Assembly (NCBI GenBank): GCA_963752595.1
Contig: CAVVYZ010000020.1
Coordinates: 64,001-128,000 of the forward strand
Length of the DNA: 64,000 nucleotides
Origin: an uncultured delta proteobacterium
GTDB taxonomy: Bacteria; Desulfobacterota; Desulfomonilia; UBA1062
Reading direction: 5' to 3'
Positions 42,387-53,818 of this stretch are shown here, in pieces. How positions within the stretch are numbered: the stretch's first letter is position 1; every line of letters begins with the position of its first letter. The position numbers were made by a program, and so were the translations under genes. Below the pieces are notes generated by a model. The model saw only the letters and a program-made list of their open reading frames with translations, was not told where the DNA came from and ran no database searches.

Positions 42387-45295
42387 TCAGTCGGCCGGAG
42401 GAATTTCTTCGGGGAAGGTCTTCCTGTCCAGGACCTCGCGGACCTTTTCCATGAGATTCCGGGCCGAGAAGGGTTTCTGGATGAAATCCACCCCCTTTTC
42501 GAGGACACCGTGGTGAGCGATCACGTCTTCGGTATAGCCTGACATATAGACTACCTTGAGGTGGGGGTATTGTGCATGGAGAATTCCATAGAGGTCTTTG
42601 CCGTTCATATCCGGCATGATCACGTCGGTGAGCAAAAGGTCGATGTGCCTGCCCTCTGGGAAACTGCATCGAGGCATTCCCCGGCAGCTTCCATATTGAA
42701 AACGGTGTAGCCCGATCTTCTCAGTATCTCCGATGCCAGGTTCATCACCATCTCGTTATCTTCTGCGATGAGGATGGTTTCTTTGCCGTGCATCGTCTGC
42801 GGATCCTTCACCACCTCTTCATCAGGCGGAACCGAGCTCTTTTCACTGGGGAGATAAACCCGGAAGCATGCGCCCTTTCCCTTTTCGCTGTATACATTGA
42901 TAAAGCCGCCGTGCTGCTTGGCAATGCCGTAGACGGTTGCAAGGCCCAGACCCGTTCCCAGGCCCCGGCCCTTGGTGGTGAAAAACGGCTCGAAGATATT
43001 CTCCATGATATGCGCATCCATGCCCATGCCGGTGTCGCACATCTCCAGCAGTACGTAGCGTCCCGGCTTGAAGTCGGACTGTGCGGACGGATACGACTCA
43101 TCGAAGATCACCTCATCGGTCCGTATGGTGAGGATTCCCCCGTCAGGCATGGCATCCTGGGCATTCACGGCAAGGTTCATGAGGATCTGCTCAATCTGGC
43201 CGATATCGGCATTCACATATCCCATGGATGTCCCCAGTCTGATCCTGATCTCGATATCCTCCCTGATGGTCCTCCTCAGGATTTTTTCAAACCCGGATAT
43301 GATCCTGTTGAGGTCTACCAGCTTCATCTCAAGGACCTGCCTTCGGCTGAAGGCAAGCAATTGGTGGGTGAGGTGCTTTGCGCTTTCGGCAGCCTTCTGA
43401 ATGAGGGTGATGCTCCGGTGCCTGGGATCGTCAGGATGGATATCGCTGAGCAGGATATCCGAATAGCCGATGACAGGGGTGAGCAGGTTGTTCAGGTCAT
43501 GGGCAATCCCGCCTGCGAGCCTGCCGATGGACTCCATCTTGAGTGCTTGAATGAGCAATTCCTCTGACTTCTTGCGGTCGGTTATATCCTGGATAACCGC
43601 CACCAGATGGTCAGGGGTCCCGTCGGATGATCGGACGCAGTGCAGGGACACCTCTGTGGATATCAGAGAGCCGTCTTTCCTGATATAACGCTTCTCGGAT
43701 GTGGCATTGCTCTGAGAGCCGGCAATAAAGTCCCGGTAGCGCCGGAGCTCGTCGTTGAGGTCTTCTTCCGGTGTAAGGTCCATCCATGACTTGGCCTTTA
43801 ACTCATCGCAGGTATAACCCAGGATCGAGCATATCTTTTCATTGATCTCGATCCAGTTGCCTTCGGGCGATATGACGGCCACACCGATCAGGGGAAGATT
43901 GAAATATCCCCGGAAGCGTTCTTCACTCTTCCGCAGGGCTTCTTCCGCCTTTTTCCGTTCAGTGACATCGGTGCCGATGCTCAGGACGTCTATGATATTC
44001 CCGTGCTTGTCCCTGATGGCACGGTTCGTCCAGGATAACCACACGCGCTCGCCGTCTTTCTTTATATTTTCATTGGCATTGTTCTGGTACTGCTCGGGGT
44101 TCCCATAAATGCAGGCCGCCATTTCCCTTAGATTACGGCCTGTATCGTCGTTTTCCGGTATGATGGTTCCCACCGCGTCCTTGCCCAGGAGCTCTTCTTC
44201 GGTATATCCGAAAAATCGCAGACCGAATTCGTTCATAAAGGTTATCCTGCCGCCGCGCTCCCACCGCAGAATAATATTGTTGGCATTCTCCAGAAGCTCG
44301 CGGTAGCTCTCCTCGCTCCTGCGAAGGGCTTCCGCGACATGGGTCCTGGCTATCACTCCTCCTATCTGGGCCGCCACGCCTTCGAAAACCTGCCGTGCCA
44401 GCAGCGGCGTCTCGTCCATGCTCCGGGACGCCACCATGATTGCGCCCATCACCTTGCCTTCGAACTTCACCGGGACAATGGCCATGGCTTTAAGGCCGTA
44501 TGATGCAATGATGGGATCGTTCAGATACAGGGTGGATGCAAGCTCCTGGAACGAAGTGTAGAGAGGCCGGCCCTTGGCAACGACCTTCGTGCGGGGATCA
44601 GCGGGACTGAACGAAGAAACCTGATCCACGAATTCCTGCGGCACCCCCGCATGCACCAGGAGCTCGATCGAACCGGCCTGGGATGCCTCCGCAGAATCAT
44701 GCTTCATGATATATACGCCGCCGCAGTCTATGCCATCGATCTGCAGCGCGATCTCCAGCACCTGCTCCATGCCGGTTCTGAGGTCTCTGGCCATGCTCAA
44801 GCGTTTTGCCATCTCATGCTGGATTGCCAGGAGGCGCTCTGCATATTTGCGGCCGGTTATATCGCGGACCACGCTCATGATTGCCTGAGGCTTTCCATCC
44901 GGACCATGAACAAAAGAGGAGTTTACATCGACCCTGATGGTCGAGCGGTCCTTTCGATACAGGGTATATTCGTTGCTGGATGAAAAACCCGTTTCCACTG
45001 CATTGCGGATATTTTCGATCGCCCTGGCTCTGTTCTCCTCATCCAGAAGGTCGGAGAAGTTTTTTACTCTGTCCAGGAATTCCTCAACGGAGGACACGCC
45101 ATAAATATGTGCTGTCCTGATATTGACCGAGATGAAATTCCCATCGAGATCGTACATGACGATGGGGTCGGGAGAAGTCTCGACGAGTCGATAGTAACGT
45201 TCTTCACTCCGCAGAAGGGAATGTACGGCTTCTTTTCGTCCGGGAGTGTCCGTCATCAATCCGAGGATAGCAGGTTTGCCCGCCCAGTCAACCAT
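42387..45295 (-). CDS. PAS/GAF hybrid sensor histidine kinase with receiver (frameshift near 42655; 5' end possibly truncated)
   Basis: AHDLNN, FTTK..GTGLGLA; receiver split over two frames. Confidence 0.85.
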
Positions 45296-45504
45296 CTTTG
45301 CACCGATCTCTTTCGCTAAACGTTGCCGTACTGCAAGCCGGGTTGTACTGAAACGTACCCGCTCCTGAAATGAAACGTAATATTGAATAGTTCAAAAGAT
45401 AAAGCAGAGAATGGAAAAGTCAAGGGTCCACCCGGCGGCAGGTTCAAAATACCGGGGAAAGGGGAGGGTAAGGGAGGGGGGTGTTTGGCGGGATACGAAG
45501 GAGT

Positions 45505-46578
45505 TTACCGGGAATCCGGCAAAGACCCCTGTGCAAGGCTGCAGAACCGGGTAATGTGCTGTTCACGGGTTGTGAACGAGGTTACGAGGCGGATAAGAAC
45601 ATCGGCATCATTCAATGCAGAGCCGGCAGGCAAAGCTTCCGGATACCATTCATAGAATTCCGCCCCGGCCTCACGCAAGCGTTGTGCAAGTGCGCGGGGC
45701 ATCACTGCGAACACTTCATTTGCCTGCACAGGCCATACGATATGAACGCTGGTGTTCAATGAAAGCTCCGAGGCCAGACGTTCGGCCTGCCGGTTGGCAT
45801 GCTCGGCCAATTCGAGCCAGTGCCCGTCTTGCAGCCATCCGACAAACTGGGCCCCGAAAAAGCGGCCTTTTGAAAGCAGATGCCCGGAGCGCTTCCTGCG
45901 ATGCATGAAGCCTTCTGCAAGGCCGCGGTTAAAGAAAACGACCGCTTCGGCAGCAAGCGCGCCGCACTTGGTGGCGCCGAGGCACAGCACATCGATGCCC
46001 GCCTTCCACGTCAGCTCTGCCGGAGAGCAGCGCAGCGCGGCAGCGGCATTGGCGAACCGGGCGCCGTCCATATGCACCCGCAATCCCTTCTCGTGTGCAG
46101 CAGCGCTCAGAGCTCCAATTTCCTCAGGCGTGTAGACAAGGCCTGTCTCGCTTGCCTGGGTGATGGTCAGTGCACGGGCGCGGGGGTTGTGCGGGTCATC
46201 CGTGCCGGTTGCCCTGAAATGCTGTGCGAGATGGTCAGCCGTCAGCTTTCCTGCGCCTTTGGAAATGGGGATGAGGCGGGCGCCGCCGGTAAAGAATTCC
46301 GGCGCAGTCGATTCGTCGCTCAGGATATGCGCCCGGTCATGACAGAGCACGGTCTCCCAGGGCTGAACCAGGCAGGATAGGGCAAGTGAGTTTGCAGCCG
46401 TACCGGATGCGACGAAGAAGGCCTCCAGGTCGCACTCGAAGACCTGCCGCAGAAGCTCAACGGCCTTTCCCGTCCAGTCATCGTTGCCATAACCGTGCGT
46501 ATACCCGGTATTCGCCTTCGAGAGCATATCGAGCACCCGCTGCGATGCTCCTGTCTGATTGTCGCTGCCGAATTGCAT
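45505..46578 (-). CDS. ltaE: low-specificity L-threonine aldolase
   Basis: FGSDN, HMDGARFANA, GATK PLP lysine. Confidence 0.88.
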   Translation of the reverse strand: MQFGSDNQTGASQRVLDMLSKANTGYTHGYGNDDWTGKAVELLRQVFECDLEAFFVASGTAANSLALSCLVQPWETVLCHDRAHILSDESTAPEFFTGGARLIPISKGAGKLTADHLAQHFRATGTDDPHNPRARALTITQASETGLVYTPEEIGALSAAAHEKGLRVHMDGARFANAAAALRCSPAELTWKAGIDVLCLGATKCGALAAEAVVFFNRGLAEGFMHRRKRSGHLLSKGRFFGAQFVGWLQDGHWLELAEHANRQAERLASELSLNTSVHIVWPVQANEVFAVMPRALAQRLREAGAEFYEWYPEALPAGSALNDADVLIRLVTSFTTREQHITRFCSLAQGSLPDSR

Positions 46579-46592
46579 GGTAATCTCCTGTC

Positions 46593-47508
46593 TTATTGCC
46601 TGTGAAGGCCGGTCCTGTGCCGGAAGGTCAGCCGCCTGCCCGGCATCAATACACCCGAGCATTCATCAGGTGCGACAAGCTCCCGACTCGGAGCCCGTCT
46701 TTGCGATCCTTGAAGTACCTTGTCATTGATCTCTTCCGGCCCTTTGTCCTCGACATATCCGAAGCCCATGGCGCGCAGATCCCTCGTCAGCAAGCCCAGG
46801 GTCGAAGAATGCTTTCCACGGCTCCCCGGCCGACGCTACCCGCTGCGCAAGCGCATCGAAGCGCGACCGCTGGGCAGGGGTCAATAACGATGGGGAGATC
46901 ATATAGTCGAAGACGACTCCGCTTCCCACCGGCGCCGATGCGATGAACCGCAATGTTGCCATCACTGCCTCGGTCGTCAAGTATTCCGTCACGCCGAGCC
47001 ATGAAAAGAACGTGCATTTGCCCGGATCGTAGCCTGCACCGCGCAGCCCCTCTTCGAGTGTCTGCGTTTCAAAGTCAACGGGTGCAAACGTGAGATCAGC
47101 CGGGAGTGCGATACCGACCTCCTCCAGGCGCGCCCGCTTCCATGCCTGTGTCGCAGGGTGGTCGACTTCGAACACCTGCAGCACGCCCTCGGGATAGCGG
47201 GTTTCGGTAGGCGAACGTGTCAAGCCCTGCGCCCAAGATAACATACTGGCTTACGCCGCGTTGAACGCCGAGGGCGAGTTCGTCCTCGGCGTATCGGCTG
47301 CGTGCGGCCACAAAAGCTCGCAAGTAAGGCGACAGCGGCGTGGCCTCGAATTGATGAGGATCGGTCAGCAATGCCGAAAGCACTCTCTTTGCCGATGATG
47401 CGAAGTGCGACAGGGTCATCGAAAACCTTCGGATCATCCAGGAGTTGATGTGCCGCGCGCCGCATCGCAACGCGCTGTGCCGTTATACTCGGTCGGTTTT
47501 CTTTCATG
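46593..47508 (-). pseudogene. TIGR00027/LCM-type SAM methyltransferase, multiply frameshifted
   Basis: PSITA..VAMRRAAH, ILGAGLDT, FEVDHP, SWLGV spread over several frames. Confidence 0.75.
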
Positions 47509-47709
47509 AATGCCGCCTTTTTTAAAACAAGACTCAAGTCATACGACGGGCTGTTCTGTCCTGCTGTTTATTTCATGGGGATTATTTCTTTACTGCTAAT
47601 ACTTTTAATCTATGACCTTTTAATGTTCGCGCAACAAAGAAATCCAACACTTTTTCGATGAATTTGATCTCTTTATCGAGTAATCTCCCCCGATATGAAG
47701 AAGGCTTCT

Positions 47710-48057
47710 TTACCCTATATCAAGAATTCTCCCATTTACGTTGTATGGGAGATACAGAGCTGCTTCTTTCAGAAGTCTTTTTCTTCGGGAACCTGTATAG
47801 TCAAGAAGAGCCTCCTTATCAAGGTCGCCGGAAGAAGCAGCCAAATTATCATAAAAAGTTTCCTGATGCTCCAGAGGATCTTTCAGCCGTGGGTTTACAT
47901 AAACAAGACCGCAGGTGCGGCATTGTACATGCGTGAACCCATCCTTCTCAAACAAAACACCAGGTGTGTCTGAACCGCAGAGATCGCAGGGGACATACGT
48001 CAGATCTCGCTCCAGATCAATGAAACCGTTGTTTATCATAGAGAATGCCCTTTTCAA
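47710..48057 (-). pseudogene. truncated Zn-ribbon SAM methyltransferase
   Basis: CDLC..CRTCGLVYVNPR; stops at ILDIG, the start of motif I. Confidence 0.65.
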
Positions 48058-48405
48058 GAAGCTACATAAAATATACGAAAAAATATACTAAAGAATATCT
48101 GCTTCCGAGTAAACTTCAGCGGGACATGGATAAATATGATTCATTTATTTATTAAACGATGACAGTTCATGTATTGGACGTTCTCCTGCTTCTACCTCTG
48201 ATATCATTAACTCGTACGAACAAACAGATAAGGACCTTTCCATCCTGTGCGTTTTTTCTGCTGCGCTATCGCCTCGTTTATATTTTCAACCGCATTGATA
48301 CATGTTTCGAGTGTATATTCATCATTTTTATATGCAATGTTCAGCTGCAGATCGAAAGGCGCGCTGCCATTAGATTCAATGGCGTTTGCCGTTATTCTCA
48401 CTTCG

Positions 48406-48939
48406 CTACTTCATCTTTGACCTCAGCTTGATCTTTTCGCCGGCAACCATGAAGTTGCCTCTTCCGAGATGATGAATCGTGCGCGGGTTTTTCACTTTGG
48501 GGTCGATCCATGCCTTGATGACTTCAACGACAAACAAACAATACCCGGTAACCATCTTTGTATCTACCACCCGGCACTCGAGATTTGCAAAGCACTCTTC
48601 GATGAGAGGAGCGCCGACTTGCTCAGCGGGCTTGGGCGTGAGGCAAAACGTCTCGAACTTGTCTATGTCCGCACCCGACGAATTGCCGCAACCCACGACC
48701 TTTTCCGCTATATCCACTGTGGGAATGTTAATAACACATTCCTTTGTTGCCTTTAACATGCCGAAGGAATGGTTGCGACTGCTGATGACGCAACCCACGA
48801 GCGGCGGCTCAAACTCGATCATCGTGTGCCACGACATAGTCATGATGTTTGGGTGCCCGCCACGGGCGGTTGTGACCATGACGACCGGCCCCGGCTCGAG
48901 CAGGCTATAGACCTTGGACAGAGGAAAGGATTTTCTCAT
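48406..48939 (-). CDS. flavin reductase family protein
   Basis: NIMTMSW, CVINIP, APLIEEC..LEC. Confidence 0.88.
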   Translation of the reverse strand: MRKSFPLSKVYSLLEPGPVVMVTTARGGHPNIMTMSWHTMIEFEPPLVGCVISSRNHSFGMLKATKECVINIPTVDIAEKVVGCGNSSGADIDKFETFCLTPKPAEQVGAPLIEECFANLECRVVDTKMVTGYCLFVVEVIKAWIDPKVKNPRTIHHLGRGNFMVAGEKIKLRSKMK

Positions 48940-49109
48940 CGTTTCTCCAACTTCCGGTTGATGGTTGAAGCCAGGGTATCGTCCATCATTTTGTTTATGT
49001 GTGATGGTCACTTGAGATTAGAGGAATTTTTTGTGCTTTGCCGATATAAAAATTCCCTCAGATGATTCCGCGCAGCTTGGCTTAAGGGGCACTTCATTAC
49101 TCCAAGGTC

Positions 49110-49622
49110 TCATCTCCGATCTTTCTGATCCCGTAATTTATGCTCGAATCGCTGTTCATTGACCTCGGTTCCCCACCGGGTGCCTCTATGCTCTTCAACG
49201 AGGTTGAAACCCTTCTTCTCGTAGAGATGTTTTGCGGCGTTGAGCCCCTCGAATGTCCATAGATAAAGTTTCCTGTAGCCTTTATTCTCACAAAAGCTGA
49301 TCGCGGTAGCGATGAGGCGGTTACCGGCTCCTTTTCCCCGCAGGGCATCCGATATAATGAACCACCGAAGGTGTGCACCCTCGCTTTCTGCATGAATGCC
49401 GTCAATCGCGATAGAGCCTTCGACACGGCCGTCTGCCAGGGCAGTCCAAAAACCGTCACGGCCCTCGTCGTATCGCTTGAGAAATTCGGAAAGCTCGGTC
49501 GCTACCTTGGCTTCAAAGAAGAGCCCGAATCCCCAATGATTACGGTAATAGGTCCCATGAAGTTCAGCAACCCGCCCAATCGAGCCGGGAACATAGCCTT
49601 TGGCTATCTTGATTTCTGGCAT
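49110..49622 (-). CDS. GNAT acetyltransferase
   Basis: RGKGAG acetyl-CoA motif; LYEKKGF. Confidence 0.88.
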   Translation of the reverse strand: MPEIKIAKGYVPGSIGRVAELHGTYYRNHWGFGLFFEAKVATELSEFLKRYDEGRDGFWTALADGRVEGSIAIDGIHAESEGAHLRWFIISDALRGKGAGNRLIATAISFCENKGYRKLYLWTFEGLNAAKHLYEKKGFNLVEEHRGTRWGTEVNEQRFEHKLRDQKDRR

Positions 49623-49847
49623 GAGGACCTCCGCCTCGTTTAGTGAACTGAAGCATCTGCTCATGCGTGCGCATCTCTCTGAGAAAACGCAAACGCTTCA
49701 CTATCCCATTATTGAGATCGAGGAGCTCTGCTTCGCTTAGTTTGCTGATATCAATCTTCATTGCGTCACCTACCTTCTCAATACTCTTGGTCAATGCATG
49801 GACATGTTGCTGCTTTAGACGCCATATCAACAAGTGGGTTCGCTGGT

Positions 49848-50345
49848 CTAAACTAACTTTGGAATATTGACCGATATAGGTGTTGATGTCGCCAAATCAA
49901 CTCCTTTTGCATCAAGTCGTGCCTCGACCTTCCATTTGAGGTCGGTGTGTCTGTTGCTGAGGAGACTTAAAGCTGCAGTAAGCATCCGGCCAAGTGTCGA
50001 ACTCATGAACTCCGGTGCGCCTGTGTTCGGTGCAGCAAGTTCGAACTCATATTTTGCTGTATGTCCGGCCTTGCATGCCTTTGCTTCCTCAATAACGAGT
50101 TTATCCCTGTAGATTTCCTGAGAACGTGTTCGCGTTTTTTCCGTCTTTGTAGATCTCGGTAGTCTGCACTCCAATCAGACTTACAGTCAGTTTGTTTCCT
50201 TGAATGGGCTTTTTAGCATGAAGATCGAAACTGCCTGTTATGGTGTCTCCCGGATTAAATGCTGTGCGAGACAGAAACAGTTTGATCGATCCCCGCATCA
50301 AGCGAGCAACGTAGTACGCAATAACGGCTACGATTCCGCCACCCA
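49848..50345 (-). pseudogene. arrestin/SpoOM-like hypothetical, 5'-truncated and frameshifted
   Basis: AFNPGDTITG..WKVEARLDAKGVDL over two frames; no start codon. Confidence 0.45.
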
Positions 50346-50364
50346 CTGGATTTGTTTGTTCGAA
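50346..50364 (-). repeat. half attC (R'' and L'' only)
   Basis: GTTCGAAGCCT complements AGGCTTCGAAC at the cassette's other end (50954-50964); remainder absent. Confidence 0.6.
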
Positions 50365-50368
50365 GCCT

Positions 50369-50665
50369 TTAGGCTCTCCTCTTCCAAATCCGGGGGCTAC
50401 GCTTGACATGAAATACGGAAAGAACCACAACCTTATCATCTTCGATGATGAAGAAAACTGAATAGGGAAATCTTCTGGTGAGTGCCCGACGAACATTTCT
50501 ATGTATTACTGGATAAATTAGGTGATTTCTGAGAATTGAATTGAAGAGAGCATCGAGGACAAGCAAGAGCTCAGAACCAAGACCACGAACACGAGTCTCA
50601 CACCAATCAAAGGCGTCTGCAATATCTGCTTCAGCCTCTGGACGGATGATCAGTCCAAGACTCAT
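50369..50665 (-). CDS. RelE/ParE-family toxin
   Basis: AEADIADAFDW, RFPYSVFF, VFHVKRSP. Confidence 0.88.
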   Translation of the reverse strand: MSLGLIIRPEAEADIADAFDWCETRVRGLGSELLLVLDALFNSILRNHLIYPVIHRNVRRALTRRFPYSVFFIIEDDKVVVLSVFHVKRSPRIWKRRA

Positions 50666-50883
50666 GCACGACTCTTAATGCGCTCTCGAACCATTAACCA
50701 CGGTGACCCTGCATTTGGATTGTTATGATATGCATCGAGCCGGCGATCTATTTCTGCCTTTTCTTCTTCTGTAAGCGACACTGATTCGGGGACCTGAGCA
50801 ATACTATCCCAAATATCCTGAACCAGCTGAATCCGCTCAGAAACGCTGAGGTCTAGAATGTCCTTCTTTGCAAATGATCCCAT
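50662..50883 (-). CDS. addiction module antitoxin (TIGR02574-like)
   Basis: LSVSERIQLVQDIWDSI..EIDRRL. Confidence 0.88.
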   Translation of the reverse strand: MGSFAKKDILDLSVSERIQLVQDIWDSIAQVPESVSLTEEEKAEIDRRLDAYHNNPNAGSPWLMVRERIKSRA

Positions 50884-50957
50884 CTTTCCTCCATTAAAAC
50901 TTATTATAATCCATATTCAATTATCTTTCTATCAACTTCGTCCAATAAGGAGTAGGC

Positions 50958-51019
50958 TTCGAACGACAAAGCTCACCAGCGCGGCTCTGTCTCGCGTCCG
51001 GTGGAGCGCTTCGTTAGGC
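50958..51019 (-). repeat. attC site 1
   Basis: TTCGAAC...GTTAGGC (+ strand), internal palindrome, 62 bp. Confidence 0.85.
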
Positions 51020-51283
51020 CCTTTTCTTCTCCACTAAGTATCCGGATACGTATTTGTGGACTATACTGGATATCAAAGTCTGGTAGGGTACACCTTCTTG
51101 AGCAGCAATTACTTGAACCCGATCTAAATCCTCTGATGACATTCGGATATTTATTCTCTTGTCTTTTTTAATCGTATTCCGTGCATACTCACTAAGTTTC
51201 TTAATCTCCTTTTGGGGATTCTTTACGGGTTTCCATTCATCCTGGTCATATGAATCTAAAAGTTTCTTTTCTTCGGTATTAAG
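51014..51283 (-). pseudogene. CopG/RHH-type antitoxin lacking a start codon
   Basis: LNTEEKKLLDSYDQDEW..RINIRMS..GVPYQTLISSIVHKY; stop TAA inside R''. Confidence 0.75.
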
Positions 51284-51835
51284 TCACTTAAAAAAGTATG
51301 AAAAATTCAATCCAATTGTTTTAAAATCACTTTGTCGCCCACGGCTTGAGAAGTTGTATGTATAATTCGCTGTAAATCGCACCTCTTTATTTACCCAGAG
51401 ATGAACCCCGATTTCGGGATAGAATGTAGCCATCCAATCGTTTACTACCGTTCTATTTTCCCCAGATTCATCAACTAACCCATCACCGTCGTTGTCTATA
51501 TTATCTTCATCAGCCTTCTCTTCTGTTTCTGAATAACCATAAAATAATCCCATTCCTGCATATGGGGAAATGCGGTATGGAGTTGTTGCCCTAATCGCTA
51601 ACTTATAACCGCTGAGTACCTCTTCAACGTGTTGATGACCCAATAACATCATGCTTCCATAGAGCGAGAAAATATCACCATTATAAGCCTCTGCTCCTAC
51701 TTCTAAGCCTAACGCACGAGGATTCCTTGAGAGATCAGATGCTATAAACAGACATAATTTCTCAATCTCTGATCCCCATATAGGTGAATTGATAAGCAAG
51801 AAAACAAGAGTCGTTATCAACATAGATAATTTCAA
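51284..51835 (-). CDS. exported hypothetical, beta-barrel-like with a DNIDNDGDGLVDE metal-binding motif
   Basis: Signal peptide, alternating beta strands, aromatic C-terminus. Confidence 0.6.
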   Translation of the reverse strand: MKLSMLITTLVFLLINSPIWGSEIEKLCLFIASDLSRNPRALGLEVGAEAYNGDIFSLYGSMMLLGHQHVEEVLSGYKLAIRATTPYRISPYAGMGLFYGYSETEEKADEDNIDNDGDGLVDESGENRTVVNDWMATFYPEIGVHLWVNKEVRFTANYTYNFSSRGRQSDFKTIGLNFSYFFK

Positions 51836-51843
51836 AAAATACC

Positions 51844-51908
51844 TCCTAACGTGCGGGCATCAGCGGGGCGGGCGGCAGCCCGCGTCCGCCTGGATGCTAT
51901 AGTTATGT
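51844..51908 (-). repeat. attC site 2
   Basis: TCCTAAC...GTTATGT, 65 bp. Confidence 0.88.
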
Positions 51909-52406
51909 CTTTTTCTTAAAGGCTCTTTGTGTAGTGTGCTTAAGGCATTCACCCAAAACACCGGCCTCGTTGACAAAAGGTTTACGGAACCATTCCCATA
52001 TGGAGAATCGTATTTCGGTAACCAATCTATATTCACATTCAGTAATTATACCACTATCGTTAATGGTGAATGAATAAGAATAAGGCCCCAGTGTGCTGGA
52101 TGGTAGTAGCCCTAGGGTAAAAACAGAAAGAAGTAACGGCATGCCACATGAATATGGACCACCTATAGGGTTCAGTTTTAAATTCGGCGCATTAGGATTA
52201 TCTACAATTCTAAACTTTCCGGATTTTAAAAGTATTTTATACTCCTTTGGATATTGTTTAGCGTTAACAACGAAGACTTCATAATTATTTAGATCAAACC
52301 ATATGGTTTGCTTTGTATATTGGTGAGGATCTTGGTCAATATATTTAAGCGTGCTTGTGCAGCCCGAGATGAAAAAAATCAAGCCTGCAAGTAGATATGG
52401 TTTCAT
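51903..52406 (-). CDS. hypothetical lipoprotein cassette
   Basis: ISGC lipobox; stop codon inside R''. Confidence 0.65.
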   Translation of the reverse strand: MKPYLLAGLIFFISGCTSTLKYIDQDPHQYTKQTIWFDLNNYEVFVVNAKQYPKEYKILLKSGKFRIVDNPNAPNLKLNPIGGPYSCGMPLLLSVFTLGLLPSSTLGPYSYSFTINDSGIITECEYRLVTEIRFSIWEWFRKPFVNEAGVLGECLKHTTQRAFKKKT

Positions 52407-52422
52407 AAGTTCTCCACATGGG

Positions 52423-52549
52423 ACATAATGGTTTGGCTCAGCGGCAGCGGCGAGGCACACAAGACTCCTTTGCCATTATCACTCACTTCTTGCAAGCCGA
52501 CGCTTCCCCTCGGCAGCGGAGCCACTGTCCGCTGGAGCCAGTGTTAGGC
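52423..52549 (-). repeat. attC site 3 (long, R' mutated)
   Basis: ACATAAT...GTTAGGC, 127 bp. Confidence 0.75.
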
Positions 52550-52627
52550 GCACCGCTTATTATTTTGATTGTTTCCGAAGAAACCCATCTTTTTGCAGCA
52601 AAATGGGCTTTACCGGTAAGGCAAGAC

Positions 52628-52819
52628 TCAATCTCGAAGAAGTGCATTTACTAGAAGCCCGAAAGCCAAAGCAGACGCCCCAAGACAAAGACCTGCGCCA
52701 ATCCATTGGGCGTTGAAGAGTGCAAACACAGCGGCTAGCAATCCTGCAAACCCGGTAATCAATACAGCAATTACCACGATCCCAAGAAGGGTTTCAGACC
52801 GGTTAGATTTCTTTTCCAT
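52628..52819 (-). CDS. small two-TM membrane protein cassette
   Basis: Two hydrophobic segments, AAGGAG RBS. Confidence 0.55.
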   Translation of the reverse strand: MEKKSNRSETLLGIVVIAVLITGFAGLLAAVFALFNAQWIGAGLCLGASALAFGLLVNALLRD

Positions 52820-52875
52820 TTTCAACTCCTTACCTTATCAAGCCGTGATTTTCAAGTGTCTTTCCAAGAGAGGTG

Positions 52876-52956
52876 CACCAACGTTTGAGCTAACCGGCAT
52901 GCAAAAGCAGAGCGTAGCGGCGCTTTTGCATGTCCGTGTTGAGCTATTTGTTAAGC
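52876..52956 (-). repeat. attC site 4
   Basis: CACCAAC...GTTAAGC, stem CATGCAAAAGC/GCTTTTGCATG, 81 bp. Confidence 0.82.
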
Positions 52957-53730
52957 GCAGTCAAACTTGACCATGATGTGGTTTGGAAGATCAGACTCCT
53001 TTCTTCCGACCATCGCGTAATAGAACAACGGACGTCCATCAATGGAGATGCGGTGTCTGTATCGTTCCAAATGATGAACCTCCAACACATCGCTTAGTAG
53101 CATCCACTTGACCAAGCTGGAAAAGCCAGAAGTATCGCTCTCAAGCAGGAATGATTCCTTGATATTGAAGGCAACCCATCCTGCCGGCGCAATCAAATTA
53201 AATGCATTGGCAAAGGCCTTTGCTGGAATATCACCAAAACCGAGTGCTGCGACACAAGAAAGACAATTAATCTGCCACGCGACTAGTTCTTGCTGCATGG
53301 CAACGTCCAGATCACAAAAGTCGCAGACATAATACGCATCGTATATACCCGGCCTGTCACGCTCGCAGGCGATATACGCTTCTTTGCAGATGTCAGCGCC
53401 AATAACGCGGGCTACGCCCACAGTTTGCAGTTGCTCTCCAAACATACCGTTTCCGGCTCCGAGATCGAGCACGCGCAACTCTGTCATTTCAGCATTGTTA
53501 TCTCTCATAACCTTGCTCAAGATATCGCCGACTTTTTTGGGAGAACTACACTTGAGGCGCTGATAAAAAAGCTGCTCGTATAAATCGGAACGCTTGTAAA
53601 TTTCGCCATATTCATGAAAGCGGAGCCTAATTTCCTGTCCGTTTTCGGTGAGGTAGAAAAATGCCTCATCTTGGTCGAGCTGATGAGGTTCCGTAACAGG
53701 GAGCTTGATGTTATATTGCTGATGCTTCAT
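52951..53730 (-). CDS. class I SAM methyltransferase cassette
   Basis: VLDLGAGNG; stop inside R''. Confidence 0.85.
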   Translation of the reverse strand: MKHQQYNIKLPVTEPHQLDQDEAFFYLTENGQEIRLRFHEYGEIYKRSDLYEQLFYQRLKCSSPKKVGDILSKVMRDNNAEMTELRVLDLGAGNGMFGEQLQTVGVARVIGADICKEAYIACERDRPGIYDAYYVCDFCDLDVAMQQELVAWQINCLSCVAALGFGDIPAKAFANAFNLIAPAGWVAFNIKESFLLESDTSGFSSLVKWMLLSDVLEVHHLERYRHRISIDGRPLFYYAMVGRKESDLPNHIMVKFDCA

Positions 53731-53750
53731 ATTACCTCCATTGAAAAGAA

Positions 53751-53809
53751 GCCTAACGACATGGGTCAGCGGCGCGCGACAGCGCGTCCGCTGGAGCCGA
53801 TTGTTCGGT
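53751..53809 (-). repeat. attC site 5
   Basis: GCCTAAC...GTTCGGT, 59 bp. Confidence 0.9.
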
Positions 53810-53818
53810 TCAGGTCAT

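Noticed and set aside
51284-51286. In-frame TGA as selenocysteine or programmed readthrough
   Set aside because: No SECIS-like hairpin evident, and an exported protein fused to an RHH antitoxin is implausible; deletion is simpler.
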